From contig OY253671.1 of NCBI GenBank assembly GCA_958009085.1, positions 744,001 through 808,000 on the forward strand: DNA of 64,000 nt. The letters are read 5' to 3'. Below are positions 46,018-59,000 of the stretch, in pieces; the first letter of the stretch is position 1; each line of letters begins with the position of its first letter. A program made the position numbers and the translations under genes. Source of the DNA: Protoeuglena noctilucae (Eukaryota). Below the pieces are notes generated by a model, which worked only from the letters and a program-made list of their open reading frames with translations, was not told the origin of the DNA and did not search any database.

Positions 46018-48602
46018 TCAGAGGGGTGCCGTGCCTGCGCAGGAGTGCGCGCTGCCCTCCTTGCGCAGGGCCGCGACGCGCACGCGCTCGGCGCCGCTCG
46101 GCGCGTGCTCCACGGTCGAGGGGCCCTCTCCGTCCCGTCGGCCTGACGACGTCGTCTTAGGGACCTTCTCGTAGATGGCGCAGGAGGGCGCCTGGCTCTT
46201 CTGCAGCTCCTCGAGGTCCCGACGCCACCGGCGCAGCACCGGGTGCGCGAAGTGCACGGCGGCGCCGGACGCCCCGACCGCCGCCCCGAGAACCGCCAAG
46301 GCGATGGCGATGTCCTGGATGAGGGCGAGGAAGGAGCGGAGGCCGTGGATTTTCTTGAGGTCGGCCTGGGAGGCCTCGAAGGCGATGCGGATGCCGTAGG
46401 ATGGCACCCAGAGCCCGGGGCGGCCGGCGAGGGAGGCGGGGGCGCCGGGGACCGTGTCGGGCACGTAGAGGTGCGGGTAGAAGACCTCGGTGCGCGGGAC
46501 GAAGTTGGACATGATGTACGTCTTGGACCCGCGGATGGCGTTGCCCGTGGCGATGTCGACGTTGAGGTACCAGGGTCCCATGGTGGACGGGGACGCCCAC
46601 GTGAGGTCTTCCTGGGCGATGTCGCACCCCTCATACATCGGGAGCGTCTGGACGGTCGGGGTGCCGTAGGTGGCCGTCTGGTCCCAGGCGCCGCGCACGT
46701 GGTCGCCCGCGACGCACGGGGGGCTGCCCGGGTCGCCCGCGCAAGGCGCCAACGAGTCGTCGCTAAGCTCCAGGCGCATCGTGGAGAGCTCGTCGACCTC
46801 CTCCTCCCGCACGGCCACGTACGTGACCACGCGGTCGAGCTCCCGGACCCACACGTTGAACCGCATCCCGGCCTCGACGCGTGTGCCGAAGAAGAGCGCG
46901 TCCCACAGGCCGTCGATGCGCACCTCGCCGCCCGTGTAGGGCCACCACGACTTGTGGCTCATCGCGGCGATCTTCCCGGTGTTCTTGTCCGAGTCAATGC
47001 CACGGTAATACTCGAAGTGGCCCACCAAAGGGCTAGTGGCGAAATCGACGTCGGCCAGGCTCCCCGAGGGCGCCAGCGCCGCCACCGTGTCCGCCAGCGA
47101 GGGCCCGAACCCGATGCCGTGCGCCACGAACGCCCGCGGGTCGGTGGGCCCCAGGAAGTCGCCCATGATCTTGTCGACGTGGCCGAAGACGAGCTCCTGG
47201 GCCGAGTTGCGCGTAAAGGAGCCCCCGTCCAGGTCGGCGTTGAAGTACTTGGCGCGGAAGGACGGCTCAACGGCGGCCACGGCGAGGTAGAAGACGTAGC
47301 CCTGGACGAGCTTGAGCTCCTCGGCCGGCATGTGGAGGATGCCGGCGAGGGTGTCGGCAGGCGTGGTGGCGACCCAGATGGCGAAGTTGACGGCCGGCAT
47401 GGCGCCGGGGCCGTGGTAGGTGCCGAGGAGCTGGCCAGCGACGAAGGAGGCCACGGGCAGCGAGATGGTCGCCGCAGTAGTGGGGACGCCGGCGACGCGG
47501 GCCGCCCAACCGCAGACCTCAGGCACAGGGGCGCCCGGGGGCCACAGGGACTTGGCGGGGTCGGCTGCGTTGACGCCGTCCACGAAGCTGAAGAGCGCCG
47601 GGTTGATGGCGGCGAGCTCGGAGCACTGGGCGAACTGCGTCAGGGCCGCGCCGGCGACGCTGGCGGGCGGGACGCCGACGGCCATCAGCACGCCCTCCAT
47701 GCCCTTGTAGAGGGCCTCGAAGGCGGTGGGGACGCCCGTGAGGAGGAGGGCGTAGTCGGAATAGTCGAAGGCCCCGAACAGGGCCAGGTAGCCGCGGTTG
47801 GCGGTGACGAGGTCGCGGGCGGCCGGGTCGCAGTCGGGGCAGCTGGCCGCCTCGTTGTAGGTCTGAAGGTAGAGATTGTTGTAGGAGGCGGTGGAGGGGC
47901 TGAAGTCGATGTTGAAGCGGACCTCCTTGGCGTCGAACGAGAAGGGCCCAACCTCGTCGATGACGGGGGCCTTGCCGGAGAGGAAGGCGTCGTAGTTGGT
48001 GATGTTGTGGAAGAAGTAGTCGAAGGAGATGGCCGTGGAGCACTCCGCCGGCTGCCCGTTCATGCAGGACGACGTGGGCTTGAGGTAGCCGCCGTTGATG
48101 ACGCTAATGCGCATGCCGGCGGGGACCAGGAACCCTGCGAGGGTGCAAATGGAAGGGCACATAGTTGGAGATCACTTGCCAGGAAGGTTGTCGATTGTGC
48201 CTCCGCCGTAGGTGCCACCCGGGAGCTCCATCAGCAAGACGCACACGCAGGCAAGCGCGCCGTGCCGTGCTAGCGGAGACTCACCGAAGCAGGCGGCGAC
48301 GATGAGAATGATGATGCCGCCGACCATGGACGCGGTAACCATGAATCGGAATGCCCGGAACCGGGGGCTGTCAGGCGGGAAGTAGGTGGCGATGACGGCG
48401 TGGCGCTCCTTGCGCACGGGGGCCTCGCTCACGGAGGTATGGGACGTCAGATAGGTGTGCGCCATGATGGCGCCCCGCGCGAGCGTCGAGAAGGGCGCGC
48501 GGCCGATGGAGCTGACCCAGGAGGCGCCCGTGGAGCGCATGCCGCTCGTGAACCAGCGGTGGATCCCGCCCGGGGTGCGGGGCGAGCCGTGCGAGGCCAT
48601 GG
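46018..48602 (-). CDS. CD36 / scavenger receptor class B (LIMP-2-like) family protein, two TM helices around a large ectodomain
   Basis: N-terminal TM (MVGGIIILIVAACFG); YFFHNITNYDAFLSGKAPVIDEVGPFSF, LVTAN, GTPTVQTLPMY, YLNVDIATGNAI; C-terminal TM (IAIALAVLGAAVGA). One intron. The start could be 48602 or 48651. Confidence 0.75.
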
Positions 48603-49605
48603 AGGGCTCTGCGGGAGCAAGAGAAAAGGTAGCTCCTCGTAAGACGGCCATGCCTCGGCGGAGGCGCCCGGACACCGCGCACGTCGCCCCGCGTCCGTAC
48701 CTTGCCCGAACAGGCCCCGGTTCGAAGACGCCACGGACGCCGAGCGGACCTGCATCAGAGCCAAGCGGAGACCTAGAGATGAGGTTTGGGGAGGTGAATG
48801 GCTCGGGTTGGGGGTCTCCTAGGCAGCGGCAAGGAAAAGTAACTCACATGGGACACAGGGGTCTCCTGCGCGCCGGCGGGGTTTATCTGCGTCATCGCGC
48901 TCCCGTCGTCCTGAGATCGAGAGTGAAAATGCACTATGAGGTGAGAGAGTCCGGGAAGATGTGCGAAGACGGCTGCGAGACCGTTGGGTCCCCCAACCGT
49001 CCCGAGCCCCGCCAAGCCGCAGCAAGCATATATAGGCGCCGTAACCGCCGCAGTGGCATGTATTGCAGAATATTAAGTGATATGCGTCGGCGTATGGGTC
49101 ACGACGTGCGCTCAGGTCGCTGGGCGGCTCACCTGAAGGAAGCCCCGACAGGAGAACGGTAGCGTGGAAGGCGGGTCTGAGATGCCGACGTTCGATCGAT
49201 CGGCGACCTCGAAGTGGACAGGAGAGCGCGATGCGAGTGCCCATTGGGGTTGACAGCGAAACGTCACGACGCCAATCGGACTGACCTGACTGGACGGCGG
49301 GCGGGGGAAGCTAAGGGCTATTCGATAGCAAGACCAGCCTCCTTGTTGCGATTCTGAGGAGCGCAGAGTCTTAGCGTTGCCTCACAGCCCGTTCCCTACG
49401 CGAGTTCCACAAGAGCGCCGTTGCTGGAAAGCTTTGGCCCTTTTGCGGCTCAGGAGATCATTGCACTAGGCGGCAAGCTCTCGGCCATCGGCCCTGCGCT
49501 CAGCTCGCCAACTCCTCCTGGTTGCTCCCACTTCGACGCATCCGGGCCTCGCCAGCCCAGGAGCGCTTCTGCAGGCACAGATAGCGGGTACCTGGGAGCG
49601 AAGGC

Positions 49606-51535
49606 ATGAGCCTGAGCGAACTGCTTGCACTGGCGGAGGGGGAGGTCGCCTCGCACGATGTGGCGTCGGAAATCCTGGAACGGGTCATCCACGTGAGCGG
49701 ACGGGCCGCCGAGCTCGCGCGCGGCGCGCTCTCAGCATTGTCAAATGCTCCGCGGACCCGGCGTCGGGGTCTCGCGCTCCCCCCCACCGTCGGTGCCCCT
49801 GACATGTGCGCCCTGTGCGCTCCTCGCCTGGGCGCCGGCTTTGCCGAACAGAGCCCCGACTCCTTCCACAGAGCGTGTTTCGCTACATGGACGACGCGGA
49901 GGAGCAACGGGAGGTTTTGGAGCACGTCATTGAGTCCTCGCTGCAGTCGTCCCTCACGCTCCTGACGATGGGCTACGTCGCGCGGCAGCCGGGCTTCACG
50001 TCGCAAAGAGCGGAAGAGAACCTATCGTGGGAGCCAATCGAGGCCCCGCCGCCTTGCGAGGCGGACGCGTGGGCGCGCGCGTCGATGGAGGTCCGCATCC
50101 GACCGCCCAAGGTGGTCCTGGCTGGGGCGGACAAGCCCGGGTCCGGGGGCGGCCGCCGCGGCGACAAGTCCCGGGCACCGCGTTCGCGCCGGCAGAGCAA
50201 CATCGCGGGCGCCGCCACTGCCCCTCCCGGCAAGCGCTCCGGCCGCAGCCGCCCGTCGAGCGCCTTCTCGAACGGGACAGGGCCCACGTCGCTGGCCACG
50301 GGGCCGGCCCCGCGGGTGCCCGACGGCGACTCCGCGTCGGAAGCGGGGTCCCCTTCGCCCGAGACGCGCGTCCGCAAGAAGAGCGTCGCACCCGCGGCTT
50401 CGGCGGCGGACGACCTGGAGGCGCGCCTTCGCAAGGAGCTGGAGCTGCGGCGGCAGGCGGAGATGGCGGCGCAGCGCGCGGCGCAGAGGCAGGAGGAGGA
50501 GAAGTTGCATCTGAAGGCCATGAAGAAGGAGGTGAGCCGCAGGGCGGGCGCAGCACGCGAAGCGTATTTGCAGAAAGCGTCCAGCGACAATTCAGTGCTC
50601 ATGCCCTTGGCTTTCCCCGCAGCTTCGTGGGCGCGACTACATGTACGACTTCCGAGGCGAGATCATGCTTTTGTCCAAAGTGGATCCCGACAAGCTGCCG
50701 TCGGCCATGCTCACTCCGGTGGTGCGCACGGGTGGGGCGGCCAAGCCGATGCCGGGGCGAGGAGAGACGGCGGTGACGACGATGAAGGCCGTGAAGGACG
50801 CCCCGGACAGGATGGCGAACGGGCAGGACTACCTGCCTCAAGAATCTGCCGGGCCAACGGTTCACCACGACATGATCAGGTGAGAAGGCCGGCCAGGCGG
50901 GGCGCGGGTGGCTGACACAGGCCAGCCACAGGCGGTGGGATCGAGGCTCTTTAAGAGGGCCAGGCGTCAGCGATGCCCGAGCGAACGCGCTGCGTGGGTC
51001 CTCGCAGGCTGACGGGCGGCGTGACGCTCCGGGAGGGCCAAGCGACGCGCACGGGACCGAAGCTGACGAGTTACGGGGACAAGCTCACCCGGGAGGCGTA
51101 CTTGCTGAGGAGCGGGAAGCTCAAGGAGCTGCAGAAGGAGGAGAGCGTCGAGGCAGACGAGGAGGCGGACGCAGGTGCGGCCTGAACACGACGGGCAGTG
51201 ATGGTCATTGTATAGGGGTCACATGTGGGGCTGCCTGTGCTTGGTGGCCACGCCAGGTCATGCGCAGGGCCGTTTCATCAGCCTGCGTGCCTGCCCTGTC
51301 TGCAGTGGGCCCCTTGCCCCAGGGCTCGGGGGTGGGGGTGCCTGCAGAGCTGTCGACACAGACAGACGAGGTGACGCGGCAGGTGCTGGACATGTTGAAG
51401 GAGGAGTCGGCGGCGGTGGTGCCGCCTCGGTCACCGGGGGAGGCCCCGACGGTGGTGCTGCCGGCATGGGCGCACGACGCCACCTATGTCCCGCCCACCC
51501 CGGAAGCGGCAGCGGGGGCCACGACGCAGCGGTGA
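49606..51535 (+). CDS. Conserved hypothetical protein, possibly C2orf81/DUF4639-like, with coiled coil
   Basis: Motif WEPIEAPPPCEADAWARASMEVR, coiled coil (LEARLRKELELRRQAE), RDYMYDFRGE, GVTLREG. Family assignment is from memory of the motif only. Confidence 0.5.
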
Positions 51536-52146
51536 GGGCCGCTGCGGGGCGGAGGCCGAACCAGGCAGCGTGATGACCCAACTGCAGATCGTTGCTCACG
51601 TCTCTCACGGCTGCCGCACGCAGGCGCACTGCGGCATCGACAGCGCGCGCCTCCACGAAGCCCTCGTCTCCCCGGTCCTCTTTGGGTCGATCGCGGCCCG
51701 GAACAAGGCAGAAGGCTTGACGACTTCGAGTGGCGGTGGCCTTTGGGCCTTCCTGGCACGTCGCATGGCGTGGGCGATACCTTCTGGCACGCTTGGGCGC
51801 CGTTCGATGTGCCACTCGATGCGACTGTGTGTCCCGCAGTTGAATGGCGCACCTCCAAACACCAAGCCCGGCCTGACGGTGTATGGCACTACCACCGTGC
51901 GCTGTGCGAGGCCCTGGCCCAGTAACATCCATTTGACAAAGGAACTCAAACGAATGGAACGAATCAACGCGACGCTGCGCTTACGTCGCAAGTTTGCTCC
52001 CTGCGAGCTGCAGCATGCTTCTGTAATGCGTCGACGCGAGGAGGGAGCGACTTGCCCTCTACCAAAAACCCCTGTCGGGGGAACGTCTTGCCAAAACCCG
52101 ACGACTCGGGTGGAACGAGTTGCTCCCGCGGCAACAGTCATGAGCC

Positions 52147-52346
52147 NNNNNNNNNNNNNNNNNNNNNNNNNNNNNNNNNNNNNNNNNNNNNNNNNNNNNN
52201 NNNNNNNNNNNNNNNNNNNNNNNNNNNNNNNNNNNNNNNNNNNNNNNNNNNNNNNNNNNNNNNNNNNNNNNNNNNNNNNNNNNNNNNNNNNNNNNNNNNN
52301 NNNNNNNNNNNNNNNNNNNNNNNNNNNNNNNNNNNNNNNNNNNNNN
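52147..52346. other. Assembly gap (200 N)
   Basis: Run of N bases. Confidence 1.
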
Positions 52347-52356
52347 GGGCCACCGG

Positions 52357-55300
52357 TCATGCAGCGCAGACGAGGCAGAGTTGCTGCGGTGCACAACAAT
52401 GAGATAAACAGGACGAGGGCCGCGCGCTGCCCGTGCTGCCCTTGCCTTCCCGAGGCCTCTCCCCGCGTCCCTTGGTCGAGGCCGGCCAGTCGACGTTCGT
52501 CCACTCCACCTGCACGCCCTCTGCGGGCCCCTTGGCCTGCCTCCCGGCCCAAGGGCCCGACACCGCTCCCCCGGCCGGCCGCGATCGCTTGCGCATGGGT
52601 TGGTCGACCTCCCCGGCATCCGCGGGGGTGCCCCGCGCTTGCACGCCTCCGCTCGCGCGCGCCGCCGTGCCCCAGCTGCTGCTCGCCGAACTCGACACGG
52701 GCGTGGGGCCCGGCGTGCGCCTGCGCTTGAGCGGGAGGGCCGCCCCCGCGCCCGGCGCCGACGCGGGGCCCCGCACCTCCGCCTCCGCCCGGTGCGGCAC
52801 CCCGCCAAGGCTCTTGCGCGAGCCGGCGGTGGCGGTCGGCACCGCTGCCACGACTGCTGCCGTGGCCCAGGCGGCCCCCAGTCCTTGCAGCGGAGGCGAG
52901 ACCAGCTTCCCCTTGCTGCGGGACACCGCCTGCGCATCCTGGGCCCGCTCCGTCCCCGCCGCCACCGCCCCCGGCGCCTCGGCAGCGGCCGCCCCCGCGG
53001 TCGTCGCACGCACGCCGTCCCCCGGCCCCAGCTCCGCCCTCGCCGCTTCTCCCGCGAGCCATTCCACCCCTCGGCCCTCGCCTGCCCGGAAGCCGATGTC
53101 CGCCGCAGCCAACGCGAGCTTCTCCAGCCCGTCACCGTCCTTGCTCGCGAGACCCGGCCCCACCCCCAACGACAGGGGCCCTGCCTGGCCCCCCGAAGTC
53201 CTGGGCTGCCGCACGCCCCAATGCAGGGCCCCAGCCAGCATCCCTCCCCCGGCGTTCCCGCTCCCCGCCCTGTCGCCACCCCCGTCTAAGCTCCAGCCCC
53301 CGCCGTTGGACGCTCGCCCTCCCGATCCACGCGGCCCATCCGACACCGCCCCATCCCTGGCCAGGAGCAGCCCCTGGAAGAAAGCGCTCTTCATGTGCTG
53401 CAGGCCCTGCATGCCAGCGCCACCCGACGAGCGCGCGTCCCCAGCTGCGTCCCCATGGACCACGGGCATGGCCCCAAACGGGTGCGGGCGCTCCAGGCCG
53501 GTCGGCTGGGACGCAGCCGGCTCGGTGCCCTGGCTCTCCCGGGACATGGCGGCGTGCATGAGCCACGACAGGTTCCTCATCGCGGGGGCCTCTGACGCCT
53601 CGGCCATGTTCAGCAAGGACTGGGGGCGGGAGGGAGCGGGGCGGTTGCCAGACAATGGAAACGCGAGCGGCGGCCTCAGCCGGGCGATTGCCGCGACGGG
53701 CCACAAGCGTCAGCGCAGGTCGCGCCGCCACCTCGGCATGTACCGGCGCAGTCTGCCCTCACCATGAGATGCTGCGCGCCCGGGAGGGGCGGGGCTGCAG
53801 ACATGCGCAGCAGCAGGGACCGCATGGCCCCTGTGCTGGTGCCCGCCTCGGGCAGCGGGAGGCGCGCCGCGGCCGACCGGTACTCCTCAGAGGGGTCCTG
53901 CCAGGCCCCCCCGCGGGCACCGGCAGACCAGGACGTGGTCCCAGCGCCGAAAGACGCCGCGGCGGGCCAGGCGAGCTCCTCCGCCCAGACGTGGGGCCCT
54001 GCCGGCCCTGCCCCGGGGACTCCCACCGGCACCTGCGGCGCGTCCTGGCCCTGCCGCCGCAACGCGTTCAAGTGCGACCAGAAGCGCTCCGCCCAGCTCG
54101 CGTCCGCGCTGAGCGATGCGGGGTCCGCACCGACCCTCAGCGCCGCTCCGCCCTGCAAGCCGGGGCTGCCGGGCTGCCACACCCGCGCCCACGGCACCGA
54201 CGCGCCGGCCTCGCCGCCGCCCGGCAATAGACCGGGGCCCACCGCGGGCGACGGGTACCCGGCCAGGGAGAGGAACGCGTGGGCATCCACGCCATTCGGC
54301 TGCCCCGGAGGCGACCCCAGCACGTGCCTGGGAGACAGAACGGCGGTGTTAGTCAGAGACTGTAGAGCGTGAGCGCAGGCGGGGGTGTAAGGGTGCATGG
54401 CGTGGCTCTGCAGAGAGCCAGTCCCCCACCACCTGGCTTGCGCAGCCCAGTCACGCACCTGGGCTCGCCCGCTGGCCCACCCTGCCCGGCCCGGTCGCGC
54501 GGGGCGGGCGAGTCGCCGCGTTCCTTGCCGCCGACCAGCGCAGTGATGCGGTCCGCTGTGGACGGCCGGGCCTGCGGCGAGCGCACGGGGGCGTCGGCCC
54601 CAGGGCCACCCCCAGTCTTGCCCGCCGCCCGCGACTGTGCGGCCTCCAAGCTGGCAATGGCGTCCTCGAGAGAGGCGAGCAGGTGCACCCGGCCACCGGA
54701 AACGATCTGCTTGTAAATCCTGCAGGCAGGGGGCGCGGGGAAGGTGAGAGGCGCTTACAGGTGAGGTGGCAATGGTCACCCAGCAGCGGGGTCGCCAGCG
54801 CGCCCTGCATCCCGCCCACCTGCCCAGGGACGAGTGCCAGTGGTTCTTGACCGCGTTGTCGGTCCTCCCCGGCAGGAAGGTGCAAATCGTGCTCCACCGG
54901 TTGCCGTACTTGCGGTGCGCAGCCAGTATCACCGCCTCCTCCTCTTTCGTGAAGGGTCCCCGGACCAGCCGCGGGTCGAGTTGGTTGATCCAGCGCAAAC
55001 GGCACGACTTGCCGGAACGCAGCGGGAGGTACTCTGCGATCGCCGTCCAATTTCGCGGGCCGTGCGTCGCGACGAGCTGGCGGAGGATGTCGTCCTCCTC
55101 GGGACTCCAGTGGTGGCGAGGCTGGGAGCGCAGCTCAGCGCCCGGGGACGAGTGCCGCTCCGGCGAGGGGGGCGAGGCGTCCTGCCGTGCCGTGCAGAGT
55201 GTCAGGGCCGCCTGCTTGGCGCTGGCGGGGCCGGACGGGTCGCTCCCGTCACCAGCGCTGGGCGCCCGGCCTCGACGCCATCCTGACGCCCCCAAGTCAG

Positions 55301-55571
55301 GGAGCCGCTGGCGAGTCTGTGGGTCGGCGAGCTCGGCGCTCCACAGGCGTGCCTCCCGGGCGCCGTCCGCGGGAGCTGCCCCTGCGCCTACGTACGCCGC
55401 ACGGCTGCGCAAAGAGTCTTTGAACCCCTCTCCGTCTGCGCCATCTCCCTGCTCAGGCAGCCGCGCGGCGACCGTGCCGGCAGCGTCGAGGCGGTTGGGC
55501 CCCTGCGACCGCGGGGTGCGGTAGGTTGGGTATATACGCGGCTCATCGGAAGCGAATCCACCACCCGACAT
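52357..55571 (-). CDS. R2R3-MYB transcription factor with long disordered C-terminus; 3' end uncertain next to the gap
   Basis: WSPEEDDILRQLVATHGPRNWTAIAEYLPLRSGKSCRLRWINQLDPRLVRGPFTKEEEAVILAAHRKYGNRWSTICTFLPGRTDNAVKNHWHSSL. Confidence 0.9.
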
Positions 55572-55998
55572 CGAGGTCGGCGGCGGTGGCCGGCTCCCTC
55601 GCGCCCCGCGGCAGCCCGGAGCTCGCGGGCATCGCGGCGGTTGCTGAGGGTGCAGGAGCCGCGCATCTCGCCTGCGCCTCGCTGTGTGCCCGGTCCCGGT
55701 CCCGTACGCTCGCCAGAACTGCGACCATGTCCCCGCACTGCCTGCAGACGGTGCCTTTTTCCTCCGCGAACGACTGTGGGTCCTCTCCCTCCAAGCCAAC
55801 GCTTCCCGGCGTGCACTCGGGCGTCTAAAGTGGCACGCCGCGTTAGAGGCGATGCCGCTTTTGGCTGCCTCGCTCCCGCTCTCGCAAAAAGTTTTGCCCT
55901 CCTCGTCAGTCTGACTTTCAATGCTATCGATCATCAGTCACATGAACTGGAAAATCAGGGATGCATCCATCGATAAACAACCCGGCGCAGCTTCAGCC

Positions 55999-58900
55999 TC
56001 ACTGCCACTGCAATGCCATGACCACGACCGTGACGTTGTCCATGCTGCCCCCTGCGATGGCCCTCTCCGCCTGCGCGCACAGGGAGGGTCACAGTTTGCA
56101 TCGCGCAGGCGACCAGGCCGACTCGCTCTCCCCGCTCTCTCCACGCACCAGCGTCCGCGCCGCGTTCTGGGCAGCTGCCTCCGGAATCGGCGTATTGCTC
56201 TCCCACGGGTCGCTCGAACCCAGCCTGCCCTGCCCCACGGGACTGCCGGGCGTCCCAGGCACGGCCGGCAGCGTCGAGAGCCCGTCCAGGCGCCCGGACA
56301 TGCCAAGGGCCCCCACCGTCCCACGCAGGCCGCGGCGAGGCGTCGGGGGGCCTGCCGCGCGACTCGACTGCGGGCGTCAATCGCTGGCATGCCTCAGCAC
56401 GGCCCTGTTCCCAGCGGGCGCGGGGCTGCCCTGTGCCGGACTCACCAGCGCGCTCCTGGCCCTCATGAAGTCCCGGATGGCCTTGACGGTGATCTGGACC
56501 GCCTCCTGGTCAGACACGACGTCCCAAAGGCCGTCCGTGCCCAGCACCACCACCTGGTCCCCCGGCCGTAAGTGCACCCGCGACACGTCCGGGTCCGCGG
56601 ACACGAGGCGCCGGGGCTCCTTGAACTCCGCGTCGCTGCAGGAACGGAAACAACGGGGCGCAGCCACTGAGACACCGCGCGGATTCTACCGCCGCGCTCG
56701 CGACTTTGCACGGGGGCGCATGGCCCGGGGGCCGTCGCGAGTCAGAGCCTCCCGAGCCGTGTCGCAGTCTCGTCTCACCCGAGGGACCGCGACACCGCCA
56801 GACCCGAGAGGACCTGTCCCTGGGACGGGTTGGCGATAAGCACCCTCCAGCACCCGATCAGCTCCACCAGGCCGCCCTGAGAGGCGATGCGCTGCTTCTC
56901 CCGGGGGACCGACGGCTTGTGGTCCTCCGTCAGCCGAAGCGCCTTCCCGCGCCTGCGGAAGCGCAACTCGCGCGGTTCAAGCGACGGCAAGGCGCTCCGG
57001 GCTCGGAGGGACCCCGCGCACCCGTGCGTGCACCTGCACACCCACAACTCGCGATCGCGCTCACCTGCCCAGGACGGCGCGCGAGTCGCCGGCGTGCGCC
57101 ACGTAGAGCAGCGGGCCTTCCTTGAGGACGCAGAGCGCGGTAGAGCCGCCCTTGTAGCCCAAGAGCTCGCAGTCGCGGAGGATGGCGCGGTCCGTCTCAG
57201 CGAACGCGTGCTTGAACGCCTGCACCCGCGGGTCGCTGTACATTGGCGACGAAGAGTCCTGCTTGCGCAGCTGCGCGTAGGCGAGGAAGTCGGTCGCCGG
57301 CTCCAGCGGGTCCCGCGTGTACCCCGGATGGGACACCAGGTGCCGGTGGAGGTCCGCGTTGGCCCGGTCGGCGCACTGGGCGCCGTTGTGGCCGTCGAAC
57401 ACGCCGATGTAGATGGGGCCCGCGCCCGCCTCCGCGTCGGCCGTGGTCGGGCCCTGCGACCCGATCCCTGGCAGTGGCGACAGCCTCGCACTCGACGTGG
57501 CCGGCTCCGTCTGCCCGGGCCCCAGGCCGACCACGACCACGTGGCGGTCCTCCATGTAAGGCCGGGCGCCCTTGAGGCGGTGCGCCCCGACCACCACGCG
57601 GCAGTCGCTGCGCTCCCCCGGCTCCGTCGCCACGCTCCCCGTTGACGCGTCGTCATCCACCACGCTCCACTGGTTGTACCGACCACGCGACGGCGCGGGC
57701 ACGGGGGTGTTGGCGACCGCCTTGCTCCCCGTCCCCGCCGCGTACGGCGCCGCGGCCGGCCGGCGTGTGGTACTGCCGCCGACCCCCGCTCCGGTGCTGC
57801 GGACCCCGGTCCAGCCCGGCGGAGGGGCGACCCCCACGCCGCGCGCCAGCCCCGCGCCCGGCTGCACCGTGCGGCCCTGTGGAGCCATCGTCCCGCTCCC
57901 CGACCGCCCCCCCTCGCCCCCGGGCCGCTCCGGGGTGGCGCGCGGCAGCGACCCGAGCCGCAGTGGCGGCGGCGGCGGCCCTGCGCCCCGCCCGTCCTCC
58001 TCGGCCATGTCTGCGTCCTCGTCCGCAAACGACAGCATCCCGGTCGAAGGTCCCTGGGCGCGTCCCGGGAAGCCCTGTTTCCGGATACGCTTCTGCTGCG
58101 CCTGGGCCTGCAGGGCCGTGGGTGTGCCTGCCGGTAACGGCGCCCGGTGCTTGGAGCCGACCACCGTCACGGCGTGCGGAGCGCGCGGAAAGGCCGCGTC
58201 CGCCCTAGACCCCAGCCCGGTCCCCGATGGGACGCCCGCCGTCCCGCTCGGCCCCGCCGACCCGCCGCTCCCGGCTCGGCCATTCGGACCCCACGAAGGC
58301 GGCGTCATCCGCTCAGCCGCCGCACCGCCCACGCCCTGCCCGGCCTCGCGTGACCCCTTGAGCCGCGGCACCACCACTTTGGAAGGCCCGTAGTCCCCGC
58401 CCACCGCGAACGGCGCCCCTGCCGCCCCCAGCGCCTGCGAACGGTTCTTTCCCTGCATGGCGCCCCCGCCGGCACCGGCCCCGACGCGACAGTCGAGTCG
58501 CCTGCGCCTGTCCTGCGCGACGGTCCCTTGGGAATCCAAGAGCTTCCAGCCGTTCTCTGCGGCACACGGTGGTCGTGGCGAGGTGAGTTTGGAAGCACGT
58601 GGGGTCGACATGCCGGTGAACACACCCTGCCTTGGGTAAGGTTCAACCTTACCCACTTGTGACGCTGTGCACCTGGTCGCTCCCTTCGCTCACCCGTGAG
58701 GCTGTAGACCTGATAGTCCTCTGTGACACACTCGATCTTGTCCGGCTGCCACTCGCTCTCGACCGCCTCCTCTGACACAGAGATGTCCTCCTCACGCAGC
58801 GCGGTCACCTGTGCAAGGGGAGGGGGCGGGGGTCGCACCGGCACGCGCTACGCTCAGGCCTCCTTGGCAGGGCAAATGGCACTCGCCTCGTTGCCCGTCC

Positions 58901-59000
58901 TGTCCTGAATGGAGAACCAGCCGACGATGTACTGCGCGTCCTCCTCTCGGCTGAGATCGGAGTCCGCAACCAACGCACGGCGCCTCGAGCGACTCTGCAC
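55999..59000 (-). CDS. PP2C (PPM) protein phosphatase with long disordered N-terminal extension; further 5' exons may extend to ~59.6 kb
   Basis: GARPYMEDR, GVFDGHNG, GSTAL, LYVAHAGDSRAVL, LTEDHKP..EKQRI..GG, LAVSRSLGD..FK, LGTDGLWDVVS, GSMDNVTVVV. Confidence 0.92.

Noticed and set aside
46243..48273. 676-aa plus-strand ORF
   Set aside because: Antisense shadow of the CD36-like exon.
51486..53279. ORFs spanning the N gap
   Set aside because: Artefacts of translating through Ns; no recognisable protein.
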